Source: Octopus vulgaris (taxonomy: Eukaryota). From it: DNA of 64,000 bases. The stretch is taken from NCBI GenBank assembly GCA_951406725.2, contig OX597816.1, forward strand, positions 164,176,001 through 164,240,000. Reading direction: 5' to 3'. The notes below the pieces were generated by a model. That model saw only the letters and a program-made list of their open reading frames with translations. It had not been told where the DNA came from and did no database searches. A program made the position numbers and the translations under genes. Below are positions 25,538-40,902 of the stretch, in pieces. Within the stretch, counting starts at the first letter, position 1. Each line of letters begins with the position of its first letter.

Positions 25538-25968
25538 AAGAAAAGCAGGGGTAATCAACAGACGAAAACTTAACGGATTTAACAAACAGGCATTTTATAG
25601 TCTGGACACACAACTGGATTTTCGAGGTATTACAGTTAATTAAAAGTCCAGACACTTTAGTTATTGTCTATTGCAAGCCATTGGCACTAAGCCTTAAAGC
25701 ATGGAATACCAAGTTATTTTGAATTTGAATAGAAAACGCCAGTACAATATCTCTAACACTTATAAACATTAATTAAAACAAAAACAAATAAAGAAATACA
25801 GCTAAATGCTTGCATAGCAAGGGGTGACAGTTTATCGGTATAACTATTCGCTGTTGTATTGTTGTTTCTAGTTAAAATATATGGTAAATTCTAATTAGGA
25901 ACTCGTCTCACGTATTCTTTCAAAACAGGAAACCCTAACTTTAAAACGCTATTGTCGTCAAATCGTCG

Positions 25969-26487
25969 TGGCACTCCGTCGGTTGCGACGACGAAGGGTT
26001 CCAGTTGATCCGATCAACGGAACAGCGTGCTCGTGAAATTAACGTGCAAGTGGCTGAGCACTCCACAGACCTATTTCTTTATTACCCACAAGGGGCTAAA
26101 CATAGAAGGGACAAACAAGGACAGACATAGGTATTAAGTCGATTACATCGACCCCAGTGCGTAACTGGTACTTAATTTATCGACCCCAAAGGGATGAAAG
26201 GCAAAGTCGACCTCCGCGGAATTTGAACTCACAACGTAACGACAGACGAAATGCCGCTAAGCATTTTGCCCGGCGCGCTAACGTTTCTGCCAGCTCGCCG
26301 CCTTATTGGGCACTCCACAGACACGTGAACCCTTAACGTAGTTCTCGGGGAGATTCGGCGTGACACAGGGTATGTCAAGGCTCGCTCCCTTTGAAATACA
26401 GGTAGAACAGAAACATGAAGTAAGAGTGAGAGAAAGTTGTGGTGAAAGAGTACAGCAGGGTTCGCCACCAACCCTCTGCTAGAGCCT
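25969..26487 (-). mobile_element. SINE family C copy interrupted by a SINE B insertion
   Basis: Family C sequence resumes after a 16-bp TSD, TG(A/G)GCACTCCACAGAC, at 26055-26070 and 26307-26322. Confidence 0.88.
26071..26303 (-). mobile_element. SINE family B (B1 tail), full length, nested in SINE C
   Basis: Reverse complement of 19351-19583; flanked by the TSD. Confidence 0.92.
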
Positions 26488-26631
26488 CTGAGTTCAAATT
26501 CCGCCGAGGTCGAATTTGCCTTTCATCCTTTCGGGTTCGATAAATTAAGTACCAGTTGCGTACTGGGGGGCGATCTAATCGACTGGCCCTCTTCCCAAAA
26601 ATTTCGGGCCTTGTGCCCAGAGTAGAAAAGA
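26487..26631 (+). mobile_element. SINE family B (B2 tail), 5'-truncated
   Basis: CTGAGTTCAAATTCCGCCGAGGTCGA..GGCCTTGTGCCCAGAGTAGAAAAG. Confidence 0.85.
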
Positions 26632-26966
26632 TATCTCAAATATCACAGGTATGTATGTATGTATGTATGTATGTATGTATGTATGTATGTATTGTATGTA
26701 CGTATGCATGTATGTGTATGTGTGTATCTATGTACGTATATATGTATGTATGCCATTGTTCAGTTTTATTTCAAGATTTCTTGCCAAGAGAGAAAGAGCC
26801 GGTTTCTAACCTAGATCTAAGGTTCCTTCATTGGAATTTCAACATCAACAACAGGGCATTTTTGTTTGTATGTACGTATATGTGCAGATTTGTGCGCTTT
26901 GCTTTACGTACGTACGTACGTACGTACGTACGTATGTATGTATGTATGTATGTATGTATGTATGTA

Positions 26967-26999
<33 letters not shown>

Positions 27000-27020
27000 A
27001 TGTATGTATGTATGTATGTA

Positions 27021-27051
<31 letters not shown>

Positions 27052-28062
27052 ATGTATGTATGTATGTATGTATGTATGTATAAATTACTGTTGATTTTCT
27101 AAGAAATTTAATTCATAAACGTAGAGTATTCTTAAATACATTGCAAGTGAAAAAAGCCATAATTCTTCTACTCCGAGGAACATGTTTCCGATTATTCATT
27201 CGGGTGCTAATCCAAGCCAGTTTTTCATTCTTTGAAATAGCTGTCGTTTGAATACATTTTGAAATACTGTGCGAAAGTTATGAAGAAGAAGGAGAAGAAG
27301 GAGAGAGAAAGAGAAGAGAGACAGACAGACAGAGACTGCCATACTAAGACGTACGTACGTACGAACACACACACAAACGAACGTTGTTCTTGGTTTTTAA
27401 AAGACGATTTGGCTTAGCAAAAGCCTTGCCGTGAGTCTTTTCATTTCTAAACGGGAAAAATTTCAGCATAAATGCACACAGTGCTGTATGAATAGACGTC
27501 GTCGTTTTTCCACAAAACGCAGCCGGATAAAGACGGGTTTTATTCCTCTCTCTCTCCATAACAAAGCTTAATTTATAACGACGAAACGACATCTGTTAGA
27601 CGAGAACAAACAGAGTGTGTGTGTGGGGGGGGGGGGGGATCTGAAGGAATATTTTAGCCGTCAAAGGTTTTATAAATATGAAAGACTCCGATTCTGTTTT
27701 TGTAGGTAGGTAATAAGCAAATGTACGATGGGATGTAATAAAATGGGGGAGAAACTTATGTAAGAAATGTGTTGCAGCGAGGAAAATGCGATCAAGTTGA
27801 TATTAATTGGAACGAGTCCGGAAAAGGGAAGGATAAGGGGAGAGGGAGAGGGAAGAGGAGAGACAGACATGGGAGAGGGAGGAAATATTTCGTGGGATAT
27901 GCGTTGATCGTGTCTGCATAATACACACACACATACACACACACATACATGCACGCGCGGGCGCATACGTATATACATGCACATAAATATATTTACATAT
28001 AAGCATGTATATATACGTATGTGCATACATATTAAACATACATGAATGTATACATGCACACA

Positions 28063-28108
<46 letters not shown>

Positions 28109-28399
28109 CATATATATATATATATAAATACACATACATACATATATATACACACACATACATACATATATATATATACACACACATACATACATATATA
28201 TATATACACACACATACATACACACACACACATATATATATATATATACATACATACATACATATATATATACACACATACATATATATATATATACACA
28301 CATACATACATACACACATACATACATATATATATATACACACATACATACATATATATATATACACACATACATATATATATATATATACATATATAT

Positions 28400-28446
<47 letters not shown>

Positions 28447-28548
28447 TACATACAGGATGTGTGCGTCTGTCTGGTTTTTATACATACATATACATCACTC
28501 GATGAAGACTTACAAAGCATAGATCAAAGACAGGAATTTCTCGAAGAT

Positions 28549-28586
<38 letters not shown>

Positions 28587-28639
28587 AATATCTCATTTTC
28601 AAAGATATTCTTATTCTTCAAGATGCAGTCCAAAGCTCT

Positions 28640-29070
28640 GTAACTACCAAAAGACTGCTTAGTGCATAATGACAAAATTGATTCTAATACAAATAGCCAA
28701 TGCAGATTTCGTAAAAACTTAATACGGAAGACATTAGACCACGATGAAGTGAACTGTAAGAGAACGTCATCAAATATTACCTTCCAACAAGATATGGTGG
28801 CATCAGCGTAAAAACAACCTGGAGTGCTATAGGAAACGGTAAAAGATCTCAGAATAGGAATAAAAGAATTGTTTCATTGAAACCGATGGACCTCAAGAGA
28901 GATGGAAGATAAAGAACCTAAAAATATAGTCCTGCAAAATGAAGTGAAAGCAAACCGAACTGACATTGTTACTTGGGACCGTGAATATGATGCTGTGCTT
29001 CCCTGACGTTGGCATTAGTTGGTCACTTGAGGTCAATATTGTGAAGAAAAGTGATAGAATAAGATAGTTT
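28640..29070 (+). mobile_element. Highly decayed R4/Dong-like RLE fragment
   Basis: DSNTNSQCRF (knuckle start), then VKANRTDIVTWDRE and, after a frameshift, CFPDVGI..NIVKK, resembling KANRPDIV / C.lIDV.IP.D.N of the 4.7-5.2 kb element. Confidence 0.5.
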
Positions 29071-29762
29071 ATTTATGGCATACACCAACAAATGAATTTT
29101 ATGGAATGAATTGAATACAAGAATATCTTACGACATATACATACATACGTACGTACATATGTATATACATACGTACATGCATACATATGTGCGTGTGTAT
29201 GTAATATTGTATACGTACATATATATTTATATATACTACACACACATTTATATGTACATATATTACCCACACAAACGCGTATGCGTATGTGTTGGTATGT
29301 ATGTATACACAAATCGTTAATGCTGTGATATATGTGTGTACATATAAATATGCATGCATAATTTTATTCCTGTATGCGAGTGTAAACATGTGTATTTATG
29401 GACGGACCTATGAACACACACACAAAGCGTAACCGGTATATTTGCGTCATATAATTTACACGAGTTTCAGAAAGCAGGCAACCTTCGATTACATAAGCCA
29501 GGAGGTTCTATTAAGAACCTAGCGCAGCCGGCACACCTCGTCAGCATTATTCGCAAACACACACACACGCACACGCACACACAGGTGTGTATGTGAGTTC
29601 GGATGCGTGCATGTATGTGTCTGTTTATGTATGCACAAACATATACATATATATACGACGGGCTTCTTTTATTTTCTGTCTACCACATCCACTCACAAGG
29701 CTTGAAGTGGGACTACATAAATACATAATATATATATATAGCGGCGTAGTACACTTTGTTCT

Positions 29763-29792
<30 letters not shown>

Positions 29793-29795
<3 letters not shown>

Positions 29796-29960
29796 GCTAA
29801 GATAAATCGCTAACCACTACACATTCTTTATTTTCCTCTCCTTGTTTCTTTCTGAGTAAGAGCTTAGGCTCGAAACGTTAAAGCGTTATACTAATACATC
29901 TGTTTGTTGTCTACACCACCTGTCTTCGTCTTTTATTATTTTTTTTTTGTGAATTCTCCT
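29793..29960 (+). mobile_element. Family H1 short element with hammerhead-like motif
   Basis: CTTT-CTGAGTA-A-GAGC TTAG GCTC-GAA-ACGT-T-AAAG at 29848-29883; (TA)n on both sides. Confidence 0.7.
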
Positions 29961-30015
<55 letters not shown>

Positions 30016-30600
30016 ACGTATATATATTCAGTGTTCGTCTACCAAATGCACTCGCAAGGTGCCTACCATGCCGTGGGACTGAACTCAAAACCACGTGGTT
30101 GGGAAGCAAGCTTCTTACCACAAAAACCACGCTTGCACCCTATCTGTATTAAAGTACAGATATATGGCATATCGTCCTCTCGGGGGAATTGGTACCTACA
30201 CGGAATGTATCGCCAGGGTCGAAATACCTTTTTTCTTCCGTCTACACACACACATAAACTTGAAGAGAGACAGGCAGAGATATAACATATTTATTTGTCT
30301 ACATACCGCTGTTTTTCTATCTGTTTATGCTATCTACCCAGACGTCTCCGCTATCTGTTTTATCAGTCGCTTCTCTGTGTGTGTCTCAGGAGTGTTTGCA
30401 CTTCTCTTGCAATAGTGTCGCAGGTTTTAAGTTAATATCATCTCATCTGATTTTATTTCATTTCATTTCGCTCTCTCTGTTTTATTTTCTAATTTCCATA
30501 AGTACTTATGCCGAGCACCCGACTTCCACCTTATCTACCGGGAAGCGAAGCTAAATATGAAAAAGAGGTCCTTAAATTAATCCAGCGCATGGGTGGTGCC

Positions 30601-30659
<59 letters not shown>

Positions 30660-31595
30660 ATAACGGCTCTTCATTGGTTTTATATATCTTCAAATCTACG
30701 TCGGATCCCTTCTTAATCTCGGCATGTCATACTTTTTTCCTTAGTTAATCTATATCCTGATAAATTAATCCTCTGCTTCCGAAATACACGCGAATCAACA
30801 AGGAGTGTGTGTGTGTGGGGGGGGGTCACAGGGTGTGTCCCACAACTGCTTTACACCCGGTGTTGGTGTATTTATGCCCTCATAACTTAACGGTTCGGCA
30901 AAAGAGACCGTTAGAGTAAATACCGGGCTTTCAAAAAGCAAAAACACAAATACTTGGATCGGTTCGTTCGGTTAACATTCATCAAGGCGGTGCCCCAGCA
31001 TGGCAGCGGTCTAATCCCTGCAACAAGCAGAAGGTAAAGGGTAACGTAGGACCTCAATGTCGTAGACGACAGATGAGGATTCTGCAATTCCTCGCGGAGC
31101 AACCTCCACAGGTTGCTTCGCTTAAAGTGATCAAACGGTTGAGCTCTACATCAGCTCACGTCCCCCATTGAATCGATATTGAGCACACATGTGGACCCTG
31201 TGTCACACAAGTCAGGTGTCAAAGGGATCACAGGGCAAGGTTGAAAGGAGAGTTTTGCATAAGAGCATAACGGGGGTTCTGTCCTATAATGGAAACCGCG
31301 ACGTTGCGCTCATCAGGGCAACATCCTGACCAAGGAAAACACGTGTTTTCCCTTACACACCTTTATACAAAAACATAAAAATATATTCCCAGGGTGAAAG
31401 AAAGACAGGCTGTTTGTTACACGTAAAGAACCTAATTGGTTTGATATCAGAAAGGTTAATTGAGCCAGGCCCTTTCGATAATGGCTCCGACTCGTGAACA
31501 CACGCGGACTTATTTGTCCGTCTTTCCTTTCTCTTCGTTCGCTTTTCTTTTTTTAAGATTAAAACGTAAAAAAATCCGGCTTGTAATAAACATTA

Positions 31596-32001
31596 TACTC
31601 TTTTACTCTTTTACTTGTTGCAGTCATTTGACTGCGGCCATGCTGGAGCACCGCCTTTAGTGGGAGCAAATCGACCCCGGGACTTATTCTTTGTAAGCCC
31701 AGTACTTATTCTATCGGCCTCTTTTTGCCGAACCGCTAAGTGACGGGGACGTAAACACACCAGCATCGGTGGTCAAGCAATGCTAGGGGGACAAACACAG
31801 ACACACAAACATACACACACACTATATATATATATACACATATATACGACAAGCTTCTTTCAGTTTCCGTCTACCAAATCCACTCACAAGGCATTGGTCG
31901 GCCCGGGGCTATAGCAGAAGACACTTGCCCAAGATGCCACGCAGTGGGACTGAACCCGGAACCATGTGGTTGGTTAGCAAGCTACTTGCCACTCCTGCGC
32001 C
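31596..32001 (-). mobile_element. SINE family A, full length
   Basis: Matches 7511-7914 and 35256-35682. Confidence 0.92.
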
Positions 32002-32044
32002 TATGTATTTAATACATACAATATATATATACAGGCGTATAAAG

Positions 32045-32880
<836 letters not shown>

Positions 32881-32884
32881 AAAA

Positions 32885-32927
<43 letters not shown>

Positions 32928-33030
32928 GTATAATGATGGTGTCATTAAGTTAGGCTAAGCTATGCAAGAAACGTGTCGTAGAAGTGAGAGAGAGAGAGTG
33001 AGAGAGTGAGAGAGAGTGAATGAAAGAAAG

Positions 33031-33066
<36 letters not shown>

Positions 33067-33214
33067 TGAGAATTGCAAAGCAAATGTTTTTTTGGTGGCT
33101 GTGAGAGCCCTTTTAAGAAATACCAGCACTGATACAATATTAAAGCGATAGCGGCAACACCAGCAGCAGCAGCAAGCAGCAGCAACATTATCTGTGGTGG
33201 TGATGGTGGTAGTT

Positions 33215-33247
<33 letters not shown>

Positions 33248-33248
33248 C

Positions 33249-33279
<31 letters not shown>

Positions 33280-33704
33280 TACACACACACGCACACACAC
33301 ATATATATGTATAAACACGGAGTAGGGGGGAAAGTGGGATGGGGAGGGAGTGAGATTCAGTGCAGTCGTTATATATTAGTCTCAGTAAGTATTGTTGTTG
33401 TGTGAGAGAGGTCGGGGAGGGTAGGAACGGCAGGTCGCTCTTTGCTTTATATCGCTTCTATGTGTTTATGTGTGTGTGTGTATGTACACACATACATATT
33501 TATATATACCTCTATGTATATATATATATATATATATATATAATCATATATATGTATATATATATATATAAACATATATATATATATGTACGTATGTATA
33601 TATATATATATATATAAACATATATATGTATATATATATAAACATTTATATGTATGTATGTATATATATATATATATATAAACATTTATATGTATGTATG
33701 TATA

Positions 33705-33748
<44 letters not shown>

Positions 33749-33999
33749 AATGTATTTATATATCTCTGTATATATATCTATATACACGTATCTGAGAGAG
33801 CGGGCGTATGTGCATATATATATATACATGTATATATATACGATCTTTTCTCTCTCTCTCTCTCTCTCATATGTATGATGCATATATATATATATATACA
33901 CACATATATATATATATATATATACACATGTGTATATATATATATATATATAATGTGTGTGTGAATATATATATATATATATATATATGCATCATACAT

Positions 34000-34031
<32 letters not shown>

Positions 34032-34142
34032 CGTGCTACATATGTATCGACATATATACATATGTAAAATGTGTGTGTATATATATTTATACCTATATAG
34101 ATATATTTATACATATAAAGTATACACACACACACTCACGCA

Positions 34143-34196
<54 letters not shown>

Positions 34197-34576
34197 GTAC
34201 ATCTCTCTCTCTCATAACATATTTATATTATGTGTATATGAATATAAATGTATATATATATATATTACATATACATAATGTGTGTGAGTGGTTGTGTGTC
34301 GACGAAGTAAATCAACATCACCGTGTGTGTGTGTGTGTGTGTGTGCATGCGTGTCCATGTGTATGAGTGAGTGTGTATGTGTGTGTCAGCAAATGAATCC
34401 ATGGCCTGTGTGTCTGTGTGTTCGTTTCTCCGCGTTCGTGTGTCTGTGTGTTCGTGTGACCGTCTCGCTTCTCTCGTCGTGTGTGACCGGGAGCGTCTGC
34501 GTTCGTTCTTCTTTCCCCTCTCTCTCTCTCTCTCACAGCTTCTATGCGTGATTGTGCGTGCCTGTGAAAATGTGTC

Positions 34577-34607
<31 letters not shown>

Positions 34608-34689
34608 ACACACACACCTGTTTAAGGATAGGATTGCAAAACTCTTTATGTAGAATATATATGTATGTACGTTCAGCGTATACGCATAT

Positions 34690-34725
<36 letters not shown>

Positions 34726-34997
34726 TATACACTTACATACATTGGTGATGTCCTGTACTTAACGTGTATTTTTAATTATTTATAATTGAACGACACGCAG
34801 CCTTTGTCAACAGTAAATTTATACATATATGTATATGTGTATGTTTGTGCGTGTGCGTATGAGTATATACATATATATATGTATGTGTGTGTGTGTGTGT
34901 GTGCGTATGTATGAGTGGGCGTGCGTGTGTGTGTATATATACGAGCGTGTGTGTGTGTGCGGTTGGGTGTGAGTATACATATATAAGAGCGTGTGTC

Positions 34998-35184
34998 GTG
35001 CGGTATTTCGTCCGCCGCTGCGTTCCGAGTTCAAATTCCGCCATGGTCGACTTTGCCTTTCATCCTTTCGGGGTCGATAAATTAAGTACCAGTTACACAC
35101 TGGGGTTAATGTAATCGACTTAATCCGTTTGTCTGTCCTCGTTTGTCCCCTCCGCGTTTAGCCCCTTGTGGGTAGTAAAGAAAT
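34998..35184 (+). mobile_element. SINE family B (B1 tail), 5'-truncated
   Basis: GCGGTATTTCGTC..GAGTTCAAATTCCGCC..GCCCCTTGTGGGTAGTAAAGAAAT. Confidence 0.88.
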
Positions 35185-35255
35185 ATATAAACAATTCTTG
35201 GGGTGATTGAAATGCAAAGAGCAAATGTTGGATGCAAACAGGAAAAAATGTAGTA

Positions 35256-36154
35256 TTACTCTTTTACTCTTTTACTTGTTTCAGTCATTTGACAGCGGCC
35301 ATGCTGGAGCACCGCCTTTTAGTCGAGCAAATCGACCCCGGGACTTATTCTTTGTAAGCCCAGTACTTATTCAACCGGTCTCTTTTGCCGAACCACTAAG
35401 TGACGGGGACGTAAACACACCAGCATCGGTTGTCAAGCAATGCTAGGGGGACAAGCACAGACACACAAACATATACACACACATATACATATACATATAT
35501 ATATATATATACATATATACGACAGACTTCTTTCAGTTTCCGTCTACCAAATCCACTCACAAGGCATTGGTCGGCCCGGGGCTATAGCAGAAGACACTTG
35601 CCCAAGATACCACGCAGTGGGACTGAACCCGGAACCATGTGGTTGGTTAGCAAGCTACTTACCACACAGCCACTCCTGCGCCTTTATATTTTTAAAAATT
35701 AATGTTTAGCAGAAGCAACAGGGGTGACTCGAAGGCCAAGAGTTTCGTGATTGGATCTTATTCAAACGCGTGTTCTTTTGTTTGTTTCAGACATTTGACT
35801 GCGGCCATGCTGAAGCACCGCCTTTGGTCGAACAAATCGACCCCCAGGACTTATTCTTTGTAAGCCTAGTACGTATTCTATCGGTTTCTTTCGTGGAACC
35901 GCTAAGTTATGGGGGACGTGAACACACCAACATCGGCTGTCAAGTAGTGGCGGGGGGAACAAACACAGACACACACACACATACAAAGATATACATTTGC
36001 GACAAGCTTCTTTCAGTTTCCGTCTACCAAATCCACTCACAAGGATCTGATCGATCCGAGGGTATAGCAGAAGACACTTGCTCAAGGTGCCACGCAGTGG
36101 GACTGAACCCGGAAACCATGTGGTTGGTAAGCAAGCTTCTTACCACACAGCCAC
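35256..36154 (-). mobile_element. Two tandem SINE family A copies (35256-35682 and 35773-36154)
   Basis: Both match the family A sequence along their length. Confidence 0.9.
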
Positions 36155-36157
36155 TAT

Positions 36158-36199
<42 letters not shown>

Positions 36200-36451
36200 A
36201 GGTATAGACAATAAAATAAAGCAAGAAAAAATTTGTGAACATGAGGCAGCCAGGGACGAACGCGGATGTCGTTTGAAGGGTCAAGAGGTCAGCTTTAATC
36301 GAACGAAGTAGCCCTATCACGTACAAGGTAGGTAGTAGGCCGAACAAATTGTGACAGGTCACAGAAATCGGACGACTGTACCGGACGTGTTTAGGCTGTT
36401 GTTGTTTAGCTGAAGGTTAACCTTGACCAAATAAATACGCTTCAGTGGGTT

Positions 36452-36484
<33 letters not shown>

Positions 36485-36566
36485 GCTACCTAACTTCTTT
36501 ATTGAGGTGAGATCGTGTGGGTGTTTGAGGTCGTGTACCAATATGGAAGACTTCAGGCTTATTTTA

Positions 36567-36718
36567 TACTATCAATATCGCCCGGCGTTGCTCGGATTAG
36601 TTTCGACCCTTTAGAATTGGAATTTTTTGTAAAGTAAACATTTTGCATTATGTAGCTTGTTATTCTCTTTAAGTTAACATTTTTCTGGTTGAAATACATC
36701 GAAAAATGGCGACACAGA
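36567..36718 (+). mobile_element. Possible Helitron-like non-autonomous element, 5' fragment
   Basis: ACTATCAATATCGCCCGGCGTTGCTCGG resembles ACTAG..CCCGGCGTTGCCCGGG termini recalled for HINE-type elements. Confidence 0.4.
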
Positions 36719-36734
36719 AGTCCAGTCCATCGCA

Positions 36735-36916
36735 GCGTTACTCATGAAACAGGAAAAGTGAAAGTTGGAGCGAAAGGGTACAACAGGGGTCGCCACCACC
36801 CCCTGCCGGAGACTCGTGGAGCTCTAGGTGTTTTCACTCAAGAAACACACACAACGCCCGGTCTGGAAATCGAAACCGCGAATCCGCTGCCCTAACCACT
36901 GGGCCATTGCGCCTCC
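36735..36916 (-). mobile_element. SINE family C-related head
   Basis: Minus strand GGAGGCGCAATGGCCCAGTGGTTAGGG (A-box), GGTTTCGATTTCCAGACCGGGCG; body shared with 26400-26487. Confidence 0.75.
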
Positions 36917-37495
36917 GTATATATATATATATGAACCATCCGATCTTCTGATTACCTAATTTCTTCTAGTATATATATATATAAAGCGTGTGTACTGTCG
37001 CATAACTGAGCATGCAACCAGATACATGCTACGTACAGTAGAATAGCGTCTTCGAATAATTAAACATAAAACTCGATGCATTTGTCTTAAACGTTGTGGT
37101 TCAAACAATGAAAGCGTAAGCCGAACATTAAACGCACTAACAGACACCTACATAACGTCAATCGAACAGCATATTAATTATACACACACACAAACACACA
37201 CCATACACAAAATGACAATTCGTTCGGGAACACGTACAATAATTTTCGATACAGTTATTTAGTGTCAGAACACGACAGCAAACTTGTCACCACTCTCTGG
37301 TTCTCAGCTAGACGTGTACATACGCGTGCAAAATCGTATAATAATAATAATAATATATATATATATATGTATATATACAGACACATTTATATATATAACT
37401 GAGAAATTATGTATTCTCTTAGTATTCTGTATTTTTTTTTTGGTGTTCTGTGTAAGTATATTTATATCTATCTATCTACCTACCTACCTATCTTT

Positions 37496-37570
<75 letters not shown>

Positions 37571-37575
37571 CCTAC

Positions 37576-37641
<66 letters not shown>

Positions 37642-37669
37642 GTCTGTCTATCTATCTATCATCAGTGTT

Positions 37670-37721
<52 letters not shown>

Positions 37722-37910
37722 TCCATGATCGCTAGACACTAAATCTTTTTTTCATTTTCTCTCTTTATAACTGTGTTCCTTTCTGCTGAAGAGCGTAGGC
37801 TCGAAATGTAAAAGACTTTCTCACTTCTCGAGCGTTTCAGTAGTACATCTGTTTGTTGTTTACACACCAATTTTCGTCTTTTGTTTTGCATTTTTTGGCA
37901 AATCCCAACT
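37722..37910 (+). mobile_element. Family H1 short element with hammerhead-like motif
   Basis: CTTT-CTGCTGA-A-GAGC GTAG GCTC-GAA-ATGT-A-AAAG at 37779-37814. Confidence 0.7.
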
Positions 37911-37920
37911 ATATATATAC

Positions 37921-37961
<41 letters not shown>

Positions 37962-38399
37962 CATACACATGTAACTTTTTCCATCATTTATGGATATTAT
38001 ATAAAAATATATACATATATATGTTTGTATGTATACGTTTGTATATAAATACTTTTTGTTTTATTCACATTGCGATCTCCCTCTCTCTCTATCTCCATAT
38101 ATATAAATATATATTCATATATATACATGTATATGTACACACACACATACACACACGTAAAATCCTAAAGTCTCTATAAGCAAATCTCCACATATTCTCA
38201 ATTCGATTACACAGTAAATCTTATGTTTCTTCTTCTTCTTCTTCTTCCTCCTCTTCCTCCCGAGATGCAATTTTCATCGACTTAAACTGATAAGAGATGG
38301 AAGATGTCTACATTTATCAGCACATGACCCAAACTTCATATATCAACTTGTTGTGTTGCAATGCGCAGAAATGCAATGCATATATAAGCACACGCACAT

Positions 38400-38447
<48 letters not shown>

Positions 38448-38714
38448 ATACTTATACATGCATATGTATATTTACATATATAATTTATACATATACACAG
38501 CAAACCCCCACACACACAAATATATATATATATATATATATACATATATATATAAATTATATATGTAAATATACATACGCATGTATAAGTATACAATATA
38601 AGCATATATGTGCACACATTCATACACATGCATTTCTCTCTGTCTCTGTATGTATATATATCCATCTATTGTGTGTATACACACACATACTCACATATAT
38701 ACTCTTTTACTTGT

Positions 38715-38777
<63 letters not shown>

Positions 38778-38779
38778 TA

Positions 38780-38947
38780 TATACGACAGGCTTCTTTCAG
38801 TTTCCGTCTACCAAATCCACTCACAAGGCATTGGTCGGCCCGGGGCTATAGCAGAAGACACTTGCCCAAGATGCCACGCAGTAGGACTGAACCCGGAACC
38901 ATGTGGTTGGTTAGCAAGCTACTTACCACACAGTCACTCCTACGCCT
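38780..38947 (-). mobile_element. SINE family A, 5' half
   Basis: Near-identical to 35515-35682. Confidence 0.9.
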
Positions 38948-39376
38948 ATATATTTACCATTTCTATTTCTACAAGATTTGGAACACGAAATATACGTGCC
39001 AATGTCACAAACATGGAATGGTCAAATGCCATAAGGAATAAACCGATTTCTTAGACTGGTTCTTGTCAAACCAAGAAACACAGAAAAGTCGAAAATAAAC
39101 ATCGTTTTTGCTGCTCCTTAACGAAAAGGGTGACTGACGACAAGAAATATAAATAGAATTAGATTTTCGTGATGATGGTGGTGGTGATGGTAGTGGTGGT
39201 GGAAGAAATACTTAGGGACGCCTGCTGCATATGGAAAACTATCACACTGTTGTGAGTTTATCTTAACAGCAACACACACACACACGCGCACACGGTAGGT
39301 AGATAAGTGGACAGATAAGCAGGAAGTAAGAATTACAGAAGGATTTTATACATATATCTACTAATATTGTTTCGCG

Positions 39377-39432
<56 letters not shown>

Positions 39433-39464
39433 TTACACACACAGATATAGATAAATAGATGGAT

Positions 39465-39705
<241 letters not shown>

Positions 39706-40239
39706 CAAAGAGATTAGGTAGATAGATAGAATGATAAAATACAGCAAAAGGAAAGCTTGAACACACACACACACACTGGCCGGATGCCATAAACACTGGT
39801 TTTCGTCAAACTAGCAATGTTTCAAACAACATCAAGCCTGGTTGCTAATAAAAGAGTTGACCCGTTGGTCAACCAAGTACAAAATTTACCCCCCCCCCCC
39901 CTTCTTTTATCTCTCTCTCCCTCTCTGTCTTTCTCGCTTCTCTCTCTCTCTCTCTCTCTCCACGGAAACTATAAATGTATTTAGGAAAAGAAAAAGATAA
40001 GTATAAAAAAAAAATAATGATAACAATTAAAGAGGAAGAAAAAAAAAAAAGAAACCATTTGGAGACATGTTGATGTAGGAGGGATGTACAGCACACACAC
40101 ACACACACACTTTTAATACACACACATACATGCAAACACACATTTTTAGCGTGCGCTTCTGAGTGAGTTAGCGCGCTATATCCGAAATTAGGAAAGATAT
40201 CTTAACACACAATTGCGCTCTAATCCTAATGTGTATATA

Positions 40240-40309
<70 letters not shown>

Positions 40310-40573
40310 AGACATGGCCGGGACCAATCTTTGGTCGAAACATGGATGAATAAGATTCAAGTATTATGGTTTCTCTAGTAGACCTTTTTTTAAGTAGAAG
40401 AAATGGCTTAGATTTTGGCTGCTATTTCTGAACTTCGGTATGTGGTGATGCATTTCTTTTGCTGATCCCTTAATATTAGTATTACTAGAATTTACCGTAT
40501 AACGGTCCTGTTTTCATACCGAATTCTGCTTGGTGAAATTTACTGATTACTTCGTAATTAATTAGTTTTACCC

Positions 40574-40685
<112 letters not shown>

Positions 40686-40855
40686 GATAGAGAGAGAGAT
40701 GGGGGAACGAAAGCGCTATAGAGAGAATCAGTGTATATAGATGGACCATAAACAAAACTTAACTTGAACAGGATTTAGATAATCCTATCAGGTGGTGCTT
40801 ATTAACTTTGACACGACCTGGACCATCGTTGGTCGACACATATCTAAGTTTATAT

Positions 40856-40902
<47 letters not shown>

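Noticed and set aside
31291-31320. Minus-strand CTGATGAGCGCAACGTC as a minimal hammerhead
   Set aside because: GAAA is absent (GCAA), and there is no usable stem II or stem I pairing.
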